This document shows positions 9,573-18,878 of a DNA stretch of 64,000 nucleotides, piece by piece (positions within the stretch are counted from its first letter, which is position 1; every line of letters starts with the position of its first letter). Origin of the DNA: Trypanosoma brucei (Eukaryota). A program made the translations under genes and the position numbers. The notes beneath the pieces were generated by a model, which worked only from the letters and a program-made list of their open reading frames with translations, made no database searches and was not told the DNA's origin. Where the stretch lies: contig CH464491.1 in the NCBI GenBank assembly GCA_000002445.1, positions 1,376,001 through 1,440,000 on the forward strand. Reading direction: 5' to 3'.

Positions 9573-11933
9573 ATGGAATACAAATCTGTTTTTGAACTTC
9601 GACAGCATATAGCAGACAATGTGACCCCTCCCAAGGGAAGGCATCGGCCCCCGGTGAGCGGGTGTAGTGGGTCAAGTGTTGAGAGTTCTCCAAGTTCCGG
9701 TTATTCAGGTGATGCTGGTATGGATGCAATTTTGGACGACCCAACAGCTCTCGTTTGTGAGGTTCCTGGACTCGACAAACTAAGGGCTCTCAGCGTCTCA
9801 TTAAAAAATGAAGAGGCCGTACAAAACTATGTGGAGGCGCGAAATCTTTCGGTGGAGGAGGCCACGCGGTACATTATGAATAACGGAAGTACTGGACAGA
9901 AGAAGTCTCTGTTTCAGCGGCTGGGCGACACACTTAACGGGTTGGAAATGACTGCTATGTCACAAGTGTTGATGATTGTCGTTGATTTTATGTGGGTGCA
10001 GGATCCCGAGTTGCAGTGCTTTGCCCCTGGAGCACTATTAGGTGTCCTGCCGCTGCTGAGTAGTTCTGTGGTTAGGGAACTTATGATGGTGACTAGCACT
10101 ATGCTAAACGTGAAAACCGCAGAAATCCGAATAGCGTGGAATAAACTTTTCCTTGCCTTTGTAGATCACCTCACCGCGAAGCAACTTGACAATGACATGG
10201 TTCCACTAGCTCTGAAGAAAGCAGAACATATAGAACCACAGGATCAGCGTGAGCTTAGCTGCGATCTAATCGGTGCCGTTTGTCATCATCTGCCCCGCGA
10301 TATTGTGGAGCGCAAATTGCTTAATAAGGTGCTTGCGCTTTGCCAGGACACTAACGTGGGCGTAAGGCGACATATGTGTCAGCAGTTGGGCACAGTTGCC
10401 CGTTCACTTGGTGTCGACAAGGCGAAAGAGAAGGTCGCTCAGGAGCTATTTGAGCTACTTAACGACGAGGATCAAACTGTGTCACGTGCAGCATTTTCTT
10501 GTTTGATAGACTTGGTCGAGTTTTTCGGCCCTGCCTATCGCCGCGAGCGTCTCTACCCGATAATAAGGGGGTTTATATCTCACCCACCGGAGGAGGTAGT
10601 GAGCCTTATTGTTGGTGAATTTGGGCGCTTTTTGTGGGAAATCAAGGCAGACATTCAGACAAGTGATGACGTCGCTATGTTTGCCACATTTTATCAGGAT
10701 GCAGCGTTGAAGGGGGACGACCACACCCGTTACCGGTGTGCATACAATCTACCTTCTGTTGTTGCTTCGCTACCCGTTGATGTGTTTCCAACCCACTTGG
10801 CTCCTTGTTGTGAGGCACTATCAACCGATGTTTGTGAGTCTGTTTGTCAGAGCCTGGCTTCTGGATTGCATGAATTAGTCAAGCTTATCGGTGACCGAGC
10901 CGCTGAGTATTTGCGGAAACCGTTCCTGAACCTCCTCCATAGTTCTAAAAAGAGTGTCCTGAAGGCCCTCTCCGGTCACACATGTGTTTTACTTGATTGC
11001 TTCTCCCAGCAACTCAAACCGGCGGACCGTACGGCGTTCTTCTCGACGATAGAGGATATTTTGCTGGACCTTGCCTCCCGTGCTGACAGGGACTGGCGGA
11101 TCATGGAATACGTGCTGAACATTCTTTGCTCTTACTACAAGGAGTTGAATGAGACGTCTTTGCACGAAAAGTTTCTGCCAGTGCTCCTAAGATATGAGAA
11201 ATATGGGGCGTACTGTTTGAAAAACCAGTGCGCTGAAATGTGTATAAAGATTTCTGCAGCGCTATGTAGCGTTAATAGCAAAGTACAATTCTTCAGTAAG
11301 TTGAACAATGAGTATGCACATAGCCCTCTGGCTTCCGTGCGTCAGGGTTATCTACGCTTTGTAAGAGCTGCTTGCGGTGAGTTTTCTCGGCGTTTTATTA
11401 GAGAACGGATGCTTGAATGCTGTTTTGAGCTTCAACATGATAATATGGAAGGAGTGCGACTGGAGCTGGCTCGCATACTGCCGCTGCTGCGGAAGGTGCT
11501 GGAACCGTTAACGACAGGCACTGTGCTAGATGAGTATCAGGACATGGTGCGTCGTCTGCAAATGGATGACAGTAGTGAGGTGCGTGCTGTGGCAGTTGAC
11601 AGTGTGGATATAATAGAAGCCCGTGAGCGGGAGTTGAAGCGAGACGCAGGAAAGAACAAATTCGAAGAAGAATCCAGGGAGGACAGACGGCGTGAAATGT
11701 CTGAAGGTCAGCTTCTGGACGTAGCGAAAGAATATGACAAAGCTGAACGCAGGTCGAAGCTGCGAGACCTCCTCAAATCTGAGAGGGAAAAGGAGCAAGC
11801 GGAAGCTACGCGGAAACTTGGGGTGGGGCGACGATCAATGAAACCGAGTTCGGCACAATCGCAGGTGAAACGGCCACAGCAAAGTCCCGTGAGAGCCCCA
11901 ATAGCTGGTCCTTCCCGGCAGAAACGGCATTAG
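9573..11933 (+). CDS. HEAT/ARM-repeat protein with charged K/E/R-rich C-terminal tail
   Basis: 786 aa. It has repeated amphipathic helix pairs (LFELLNDEDQTVSRAAFSCLIDLVEFFG and others) over ~650 aa. The C-terminus is lysine/glutamate/arginine-rich, coiled-coil-like. Confidence 0.6.
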   Translation: MEYKSVFELRQHIADNVTPPKGRHRPPVSGCSGSSVESSPSSGYSGDAGMDAILDDPTALVCEVPGLDKLRALSVSLKNEEAVQNYVEARNLSVEEATRYIMNNGSTGQKKSLFQRLGDTLNGLEMTAMSQVLMIVVDFMWVQDPELQCFAPGALLGVLPLLSSSVVRELMMVTSTMLNVKTAEIRIAWNKLFLAFVDHLTAKQLDNDMVPLALKKAEHIEPQDQRELSCDLIGAVCHHLPRDIVERKLLNKVLALCQDTNVGVRRHMCQQLGTVARSLGVDKAKEKVAQELFELLNDEDQTVSRAAFSCLIDLVEFFGPAYRRERLYPIIRGFISHPPEEVVSLIVGEFGRFLWEIKADIQTSDDVAMFATFYQDAALKGDDHTRYRCAYNLPSVVASLPVDVFPTHLAPCCEALSTDVCESVCQSLASGLHELVKLIGDRAAEYLRKPFLNLLHSSKKSVLKALSGHTCVLLDCFSQQLKPADRTAFFSTIEDILLDLASRADRDWRIMEYVLNILCSYYKELNETSLHEKFLPVLLRYEKYGAYCLKNQCAEMCIKISAALCSVNSKVQFFSKLNNEYAHSPLASVRQGYLRFVRAACGEFSRRFIRERMLECCFELQHDNMEGVRLELARILPLLRKVLEPLTTGTVLDEYQDMVRRLQMDDSSEVRAVAVDSVDIIEARERELKRDAGKNKFEEESREDRRREMSEGQLLDVAKEYDKAERRSKLRDLLKSEREKEQAEATRKLGVGRRSMKPSSAQSQVKRPQQSPVRAPIAGPSRQKRH

Positions 11934-12149
11934 GCTTTTTCCCCATTCCTCAACACTCTGCGGCTTGTAGTTTTTGTAGGGTCGAATGGTAACCATGTAG
12001 CATCTTTTTTTTTTCTTGTTGGTGTTGGGCGGCGACGGCGCTATAAAACGAAAACGACAGGAGACGGGGAGGGGAGTTGTGACGGAGATCGTAGGTGTTT
12101 TTTTTTCTTTTTTGTTGCCTTCGTTTGTCCTTATTGTTTTTGTATGGGA

Positions 12150-12535
12150 GAAGAGGAAACTACATAAACAAGTAACAAAAAACAACATGACGATGTGAAA
12201 AAAACAACAACAACTAATGAGTAGAGCACAAATGACTGACTACGAATATGAACGAAGACTCGGCTCTAGCGGTATGAAGGCGATGAAGTACTGTGAAAAG
12301 AGGAGACGTAAGGGAAACAAAAAAGAGAGAGGAATGAAAGAGGAGATTTAAGACACCATCACCAACACCAACAACAAAGAATTTCATGAGAGAAGAGGAA
12401 TAATTTATTAACAACAGGGGAAGAGGAGGAAGGAAAAATAAAATAAAATTAATCAAAAGATAAATCAAAAGATAAAAACAAACAAACAAAAAAGAAACGA
12501 ATAAAAGAACAGAATGAGGGTACTTTAAATTTAGG
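12150..12535 (+). other. purine-rich (A/G) low-complexity block on + strand
   Basis: About 380 nt are almost devoid of T and C runs (GAGAAGAGGAAACTACATAAACAAGTAACAAAAAACAACATGACG...AAACAAACAAACAAAAAAGAAACGAATAAAAGAACAG). Confidence 0.8.
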
Positions 12536-12807
12536 ATTTTTGGGAAGTGATGTGGAATTCAGATGTGCCCCTCCCCCCGTATGTTTTCCCTCTCTAGTTT
12601 TTTTTTCATTTTCTCCCTTTCGTTTCTTCTTTGCGGCAACATTGGTGTCAGCTTACCTATGCAAATTTCTCCATTTTGTGACGGTTTACTTTCTTTGGGT
12701 TGCTGTTTCTTTTTTTTTTTTACTTCTGCTTTGTGTTTTGTTTCACCTTTACCATTTTCTTCCGTCTTTCTATTACGTGTCTTTTTTCTTTTTTTTTCTT
12801 TCGTCGT

Positions 12808-12832
12808 TTTGTTGTTGTTGTTGTTGTTGTTT
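12808..12832. repeat. (TTG)8 trinucleotide microsatellite
   Basis: GTTGTTGTTGTTGTTGTTGTTGTT inside a C/T-rich block. Confidence 0.9.
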
Positions 12833-13061
12833 TATTCGTTACGGGACGCCAAGATCAGAGTACTTTTTGCATGTTGATATGTATATTTTTATATATTTAA
12901 TTGTAAATATAGTTGTATATATACATATATACATACACATATGTGTGTGAAGCGCGTGGGGTAAAAAAAAAGAAAAAAAAGAAAGGACAATAGCCAAAGA
13001 GGGAATAAAAAAGGAAGAGAGATGAGTCACATATATGTGTATTTATATATTTATATATCTG

Positions 13062-13084
13062 TATATATATATATATATATATAT
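13062..13084. repeat. (TA)n microsatellite
   Basis: GTATATATATATATATATATATAT. Confidence 0.9.
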
Positions 13085-13425
13085 GCGTATGTGTCTTTCT
13101 TTCTTTGTATGCCCTTGCGTGTGGTGGGAACTATTGAGAGGGCGAGTTAAATAATAAGCAGCATGAGGAAATTGAAGGTGAAATGAGGAAGAAGAAGAGG
13201 AAGAGGAACAAGGACGGAGAGGGTGAGGAATCGTGAAGACGGCAGCAAGGGAAATAATAAGAAAAAAATGAGGTAAATCAGGAGAAGGAAAGTAAATAAA
13301 TAAACACATCCGAATATGAATGAATAAAAAAAGAAAAAAAATATATATAACATTTAAACACGCAAGCAATATATTTATACGAATGTTTATGTTTATATGG
13401 AGGTTAGTGTTACTTGATGGAGCAC

Positions 13426-13460
13426 GTGTGTGTGTGTGTGTGTGTGTTTGTTTGTTTGTT
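13426..13460. repeat. (GT)n followed by (TTTG)n
   Basis: GTGTGTGTGTGTGTGTGTGTGTTTGTTTGTTTGTTG. Confidence 0.9.
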
Positions 13461-13479
13461 GAGGGGGAGGGGAACGCCT

Positions 13480-14500
13480 TCATGTTCTGTATCTGTCTTC
13501 TCTTCTCTTCTTTTTTTTTTTGTTGCGTGTGCGTGCGTGTACGTGTGAAGTTCACATGTACATGTTTTTTTTTTTCTTCGGGTAAAGGAATTTGTTTCAT
13601 TAAGCGGCCTTCAGGTACTTCATGAGAGGAACTAAATGGGGGTATGCAAATGAGAGGTGAATGTGTGGCGGGGAGCGGAAGGGGTAATGGTAATATCTCC
13701 ATTTAGTGTTTGAGGAAATCTACTGTGTGTGTGTTTTTTTGTGTGTGTAAAATATTGTGCCCTCCTTCTCGAAAGTTGCAGGTAGTTGGGTCTCTTTCAG
13801 CGTTTTTATTTTCTTGCACTCATATATTTGATTTGTTGTTTCTTTTTTCTTTTCCTCCTCCTTGTCATCACTCTGTTATTATGATTACAACTATTACTCT
13901 TATTGGTATTTTTTCCGTTTCCCCGTCAGTGCTTTCTGTTTTTTTCTTTTTTTATTCATTCCCCCCACTCCTTTCAGCCGCATTTGTTTCCTTTCCTCTC
14001 CTCTCCTCTGCGCTTCTTGTTTCTCTTCTTTTCCCTCTTTACCATATTTTATTTAATAACAACTTTACGAAATGCATTATTCACAAATGCCGCTATTGCT
14101 CTTCTTGTGTTTGTTTTCTGCTTTACTTTTTATTTTGTTTTTTTTTCGTTTCTTTTTTTTTGTTTTCCCGTAACTTCCACCTCACCACCCTCCACCTCCT
14201 CCTCCACCTCCTTTTCTTCTTTTTCATTTTCCTCCAGTCGATTACGTGCTTCGAATGATAGTTTGAAGAAACGGCGAGCAATTTGTGTTGCCGCCGTCGT
14301 GTTATGTTCAGCTTTTTAATGTCGGTAATTTATTGACTCATTCACCCGCTTTTCCTCTTCCTTTTCCTTTTTTTTTTACAAATGCATATGTGTATTTGTA
14401 TTGCACTGTGCTTGTGCATATACATATGTCTCATCATGTTTGTTATTATTACTTTGGTTATTACTCCCACTACCATACACACTCCCCTCCCTCATTATTA
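13480..14500 (+). other. about 1 kb pyrimidine-rich (C/T) low-complexity block on + strand
   Basis: Near-continuous CT-rich sequence with embedded T-runs and CTT/CCT/TTC repeats. The + strand ORFs drawn here by the track are translations of this tract (poly-F/L/S). Confidence 0.8.
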
Positions 14501-14519
14501 CTACCCTCAAAACCCGAAT

Positions 14520-14705
14520 CGTGAAGAAAGTTAAAAAAAAAAAATAAACACACAATAAAAAAAAAAGAAAAAAGAGAATTAAGACAAAGAAACAAAAAAA
14601 GAAAGACGACAGGAAAGAAAAGTAAGGGTCGAAACAAAGAAAGCGAAGAAAAACAAAAAAAAAAGAGAAAGATTTAAAAGAAAAACAAAAGAGACAAAAG
14701 AAGAG
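14520..14705 (+). other. purine-rich (A/G) block immediately following the pyrimidine block (strand-composition flip)
   Basis: AAAGTTAAAAAAAAAAAATAAACACACAATAAAAAAAAAAGAAAAAAGAGAATTAAGACAAAGAAACAAAAAAAGAAAGACGACAGGAAAGAAAAG... Confidence 0.8.
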
Positions 14706-15196
14706 AAGAGGTGATTAAACAAATTGCCGCGTTTTTGTTGCTCTTGTGTACGTGTGCAAGAGTGGGTGGGGAGGGACTGCATAGGTGGTGACTTCACCTC
14801 CTCCCTTATGATGTTCAACCTTGTAATTTCTAACTTATTGATGTTTATTCTTGGTTGATTGGTATCTGTTGTTTCACACTCTTTCCATCCATGCAACTTT
14901 TTCTTTCCATTCTCTTTCATTCTTATTCTTATTCTTGATCTTTTTTTTTTTTTGAGTCTATTTTGTGTATACTTGTGTTTGTGTATGGAGGCACTTGTGC
15001 AATGACCACCGTGGCATCTCCGTGGTTGCATATGCGCGCTTGTAACATTCATTAAACATATATGTGAGTTTTACTATTAGTGAAGGAGTAAATAAAAGGA
15101 AAAAGGGATGTAAAGGTGGGGACAGTAGTCCTTCCAGTTGCAAGTGTGTGGTGTCTTTAATTTTGGTATTTCTGTGCGTAATGTAGTGCGCAGAGG

Positions 15197-15218
15197 AGTG
15201 TGTGTGTGTGTGTGTGTG
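15197..15218. repeat. (TG)n microsatellite
   Basis: GTGTGTGTGTGTGTGTGTGTGG. Confidence 0.9.
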
Positions 15219-15625
15219 GAAGCATTTGCATCAGCATGGAAAAATGATATTAAATAGTTCTCTCATATTGTATCATTAATGGATGCGCGGATTTACTCGC
15301 AGTGGGTTAAAAATGATCTGACCTCTCAAGTCTGGAGGTTATGGAGCTTATTTGATCTCGGAAGAAAGTTGAGTGTTTTATTCCTGCACTTTTAGGGTCA
15401 CTGATTCTCAACGTATCACGAGGATGTGGAGTCCTAGAAGACATTAGTTGATTGTTTTTTTTTTTCCTATAAATAAATATATATGCTCTTCTGTTTGTCT
15501 ATTCGCTTTGATGGTGTGCTCGTTAACAACGCGTCGCTCGTTTTTTTTCTTTCGCCCGTCATTACATTCTTATTCTTTTGATTTTTTGTTCCTTCCTTTC
15601 TTCTTTTACTGACGTTTACCCTCCA

Positions 15626-15648
15626 CCCCCCCCCCCCACACACACACA
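15626..15648. repeat. poly-C (about 12 nt) followed by (CA)n
   Basis: CCACCCCCCCCCCCCACACACACACATCC. Confidence 0.85.
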
Positions 15649-15748
15649 TCCACCACGCTGTTGTTAATTGAATCAGTGGGGGAAAGGTGGAAAGGTAAAA
15701 AAAAAAAAAGAGAACAAACGAGAGGAGACTGCAAAGGCACGCTGCGTC

Positions 15749-15792
15749 TCCTTCTCAGCGTTCGTACGTGACAATTTCTTTCTCTTCTTTCA
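15749..15792 (+). promoter_or_regulatory. polypyrimidine tract + AG upstream of TFIIS
   Basis: CTCCTTCTCAGCGTTCGTACGTGACAATTTCTTTCTCTTCTTTCAG. No ATG occurs between this AG and ATG 15859. Confidence 0.55.
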
Positions 15793-15858
15793 GCACAGGT
15801 TTAAACGGGAAAGAGAGAGAGAGAGTCTCAAAAGTTTGCAGCGTACGTGCAGATTCCA

Positions 15859-16500
15859 ATGGGTAAGGATTCCAATGATGGGAAAATAGGCGTAAAGCGC
15901 TTCAGAGAGGAGTCCAAAACGGCTTTGGGGGCACCCACATCGCCTCCGGTGACACCCAATTGTATAAATAACACATCTGTCACAGTGAGAAATATTGAGG
16001 GAAGACAAGGGGACACCCGCTTAACAAAGTGGAAAACGCTGTTATGCAAAGCACTCATGCAAGGACGGAAAGAAGAGGATGAGGGACGTGTTGCGGATAT
16101 GGCGTTGCGTATTGTAAAGGCTATTCCGGGCGGGCGCTCAGAGTCCGCTGACACATTCCGTATGTTGTTAGTTCATTTGGGTGATGCTAAAAATAGGGAA
16201 CTTCGAGAGAGTATTATTGAAGAAAAGTTTAGTGTGGAGGTTTTGGTGCGTATGAAAGAGAGGGATTTGTTGAATCCCGAAGAGCGTGAGCGCCAGGAAG
16301 CGGCCTTCTTGGCACGTAGCAGGGATACGGATCTAACAGAAATACGGAAAGCGACGTCCACCACTTCTACCCTCTTTCCTTGTCCATCTTGTAAGGCCAA
16401 GAACTGTACTTGGACACAAAAACAGACACGATCAGCCGACGAACCGATGACTATATTTTGTATCTGTAATATCTGTGAGCACAAATGGCGTCGCTATTAG
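15859..16500 (+). CDS. TFIIS: Transcription elongation factor TFIIS (S-II)
   Basis: The C-terminal zinc ribbon FPCPSCKAKNCTWTQKQTRSADEPMTIFCICNICEHKWR carries the diagnostic QTRSADEP acidic hairpin and 4 Cys. A central helical domain lies upstream. The track start 15847 is GTG. The first ATG is 15859, downstream of a polypyrimidine tract plus AG at 15749-15792. Confidence 0.85.
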   Translation: MGKDSNDGKIGVKRFREESKTALGAPTSPPVTPNCINNTSVTVRNIEGRQGDTRLTKWKTLLCKALMQGRKEEDEGRVADMALRIVKAIPGGRSESADTFRMLLVHLGDAKNRELRESIIEEKFSVEVLVRMKERDLLNPEERERQEAAFLARSRDTDLTEIRKATSTTSTLFPCPSCKAKNCTWTQKQTRSADEPMTIFCICNICEHKWRRY

Positions 16501-17040
16501 ACGGGACGGTTGTTGTTCACGCCAGGGGCAAAATGTAGGGCGAGAATGAGTGAAGCTCAAACAGGAAAGTCGAAGCGGTAATACGCGTAGCGTGTATGCA
16601 CTCGCGTGTACGGAGGCCGATGTTGGCTAGGATTTTTGGTGGGTCAGTTTTTTATCCTTTCTTTCTCCTCCTCAATGACGTCTTTTTTTTTGTTTTTCCT
16701 TTTCCCCCATGCTTAACGACCGAATTAGAACTCATCAAAGTTGTTTTCAACGTTTAAGCTGAGCGAGTTCAGTTGTGAGTGCTCGGGACTTGACTTCCCA
16801 CCCCCGACATAATACCGGTGATATAGATAATGTGCCACATGTACCTCCGTGAACCTCGTATAAGAAGTGTGTGTGAGTGGGCGGTTGCTCTCGAGTTAAG
16901 TGGGACATCACCTGACAAGGGGACACACTATTAAGGTTGCCTTTCGCACTTAACCCAGTTCACACGTTTTTACCGATGTAAGTTCGTGTCTTGTATGCCA
17001 TTGTAGGGGAGTGAACCCTCAACTGGAGGGATTTTGCGCC

Positions 17041-17137
17041 GTTTTTCGTCCCTTCTGCTAACCATTTTATCTTCCTTCCTGTTTTGCTCTTTTCGTCTTT
17101 CGCATTTCCTGGTTGTATCTATTTGAGTCTCTTTAGC
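17041..17137 (+). promoter_or_regulatory. polypyrimidine tract + AG upstream of RbAp48-like gene
   Basis: About 95 nt C/T-rich, ending CTCTTTAG 8 nt before ATG 17145. Confidence 0.5.
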
Positions 17138-17144
17138 ACTATCC

Positions 17145-18548
17145 ATGCGAAAAGCCTTGGTGGAACCCCATGAAGGAGGCGAGGCCCTCCCCATAAAGGA
17201 GTCGTCACCGTCAAGCTCCGTAGCGGCTACGGGAGTTGGCGAGGGTTCCTACCAGGAGACAAAAAGGTACCGCACGTGGCGAAAACACACACGTGATCTC
17301 TACCAGAGGTTAACTCACATCGACCTTGTATGGGAGAGTCCGGCAGTACGTTTAATGCCATTCAGCACCTCAAAACCAGGGCTACTCACTCGCACGCTTC
17401 TGTGCTGCACGCGTGCATGTAATGGAGACCAATCTTACCTGCAGTTGCTTTCTGTCACAACACCAAGTTGTGCTGAATCTCTTGATGCCACGTACAGCAC
17501 ATACTGTGAGGCTACGGGTGAGGTTGGTGGCTACGGAATGGCACCCTCTGCTGTTGGGCTGCGCATAGAGCGTTCTATACTTCATGATGGTGAACCACTC
17601 ACCGCTCGATACATGCACGCCAACCCACTCATTATTGCTTCCGGTTCTAAAGATGGCAATGCTTATGTATTTGACTGGTCAAGAATCTCGCTGAATAAGT
17701 TTCCTAATGACCCACCGCGCCCACGTGCTCCGCTTCCTCCAAATGAACCCAGTGAAGGGGATACCGGTGAGGAGCGTGCACTTTATAACAAGCGAATGTC
17801 CGCTCTGCAAGCTGTGGTTAGGGAGCAAGACCGTTGGGACAAGAGGCACGGTGAGGGGCAACACCTTTTAACCCTAACGGGGGGAAATGGCCCGTGTGGT
17901 GCACTCGACTGGAGCACAACTACCGATGGTACCGTTGCGGCCGGGTCCCTCGGTAGAATTTGTGTTTGGCAAATCGCAAACATGTCCAAAGATGACCCTC
18001 GGGTTGTTTCCTGCGTCCAAAAATATACCATAGAAAATGAGTCGCGCGTGAACGAGGTTTCCTTTTCATGGATGGAGCCAACCAGCTTCGTAGCATCAGT
18101 AGAGTCTGGCGCTGTCTTGCGAGGCGACATACGTGACCCTCAGTTATCTCAACTGTTCCGTCTGGAAGTGCCGGCAACGTCTTCTTCGGTTTCTCCACTT
18201 GATGGTACCTCGCTTCTAGTGGGCTCGGAGGAAGGTGAAGCGTTTTATTATGATCTTCGTTACACGTTGCACCCTGTAATGACTGTAGAGCTTCACGAAG
18301 GCGCTATCTCATCGGCACAATGGTGTCCACACTCGCGACACCTCTTCTGTACTGGTGGCGAAGGTGATGCCATGTGCTGTGTGTATAATGTGACAGCCAA
18401 TCGTCTGCTGTTTAAGCACGCCGGTCATGTCGAGAATGTGACTGATGTGTCATGGGATTGGCAGGAGGGATGTGAGGGTCAACTTGTTTCTGCTGATGCG
18501 TGGAGTGTCATGCTGTGGAGACCAAGGGATATTTTCTATACTTCTTAA
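17145..18548 (+). CDS. RbAp48/RBBP4/MSI1-like histone-binding WD40 protein
   Basis: The N-terminal helix YRTWRKHTRDLYQRLTHIDLVWESPAVRLMPF matches the RBBP4 motif ([31 protein letters not shown]). A 7-blade WD region follows (GHVENVTDVSWDW and others). Confidence 0.7.
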   Translation: MRKALVEPHEGGEALPIKESSPSSSVAATGVGEGSYQETKRYRTWRKHTRDLYQRLTHIDLVWESPAVRLMPFSTSKPGLLTRTLLCCTRACNGDQSYLQLLSVTTPSCAESLDATYSTYCEATGEVGGYGMAPSAVGLRIERSILHDGEPLTARYMHANPLIIASGSKDGNAYVFDWSRISLNKFPNDPPRPRAPLPPNEPSEGDTGEERALYNKRMSALQAVVREQDRWDKRHGEGQHLLTLTGGNGPCGALDWSTTTDGTVAAGSLGRICVWQIANMSKDDPRVVSCVQKYTIENESRVNEVSFSWMEPTSFVASVESGAVLRGDIRDPQLSQLFRLEVPATSSSVSPLDGTSLLVGSEEGEAFYYDLRYTLHPVMTVELHEGAISSAQWCPHSRHLFCTGGEGDAMCCVYNVTANRLLFKHAGHVENVTDVSWDWQEGCEGQLVSADAWSVMLWRPRDIFYTS

Positions 18549-18878
18549 AGAAGGGTTTTCACGATAGGAACCAGAAAAATCACTACCACTGTTAATCCTT
18601 TGTTTTAATTTTCACCGTTCTACTGGCTTCTTGAACATGGTAGGGGAGGGCAAGAGGGAATTTACGGAGGTAGGTGGGGGAGGTCTTCCACTATGTCGCA
18701 GTTTCCCTCTTTTTGGACGGTGGGTAATATTCACTGCTTTTCTATACCTTTCTGTGTCTTCTCTTTATTTGTAAAAGTTGAGGTGAAAGAGGGACGATAA
18801 CCGAGAGGCTACACGGTTATAGGCTTCGGTAGTGGAAAGAGGAGGGCATACGTTTACGGAGCGTCTGGGAAGGTAGAG

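Noticed and set aside
12540-14524. Cluster of + and - strand ORFs of 100-220 aa (e.g. 13043-13702 minus, 13710-14258 plus)
   Set aside because: They translate homopyrimidine and homopurine tracts into poly-F/L/S/P/K peptides. They have no protein-like complexity and multiple overlapping frames are open at once. They are low-complexity artefacts.
15668-15889. 73-aa + ORF overlapping the TFIIS start region
   Set aside because: It is a K/E/R-rich translation of the (GA)n/A-rich tract, in a different frame from TFIIS. No support.
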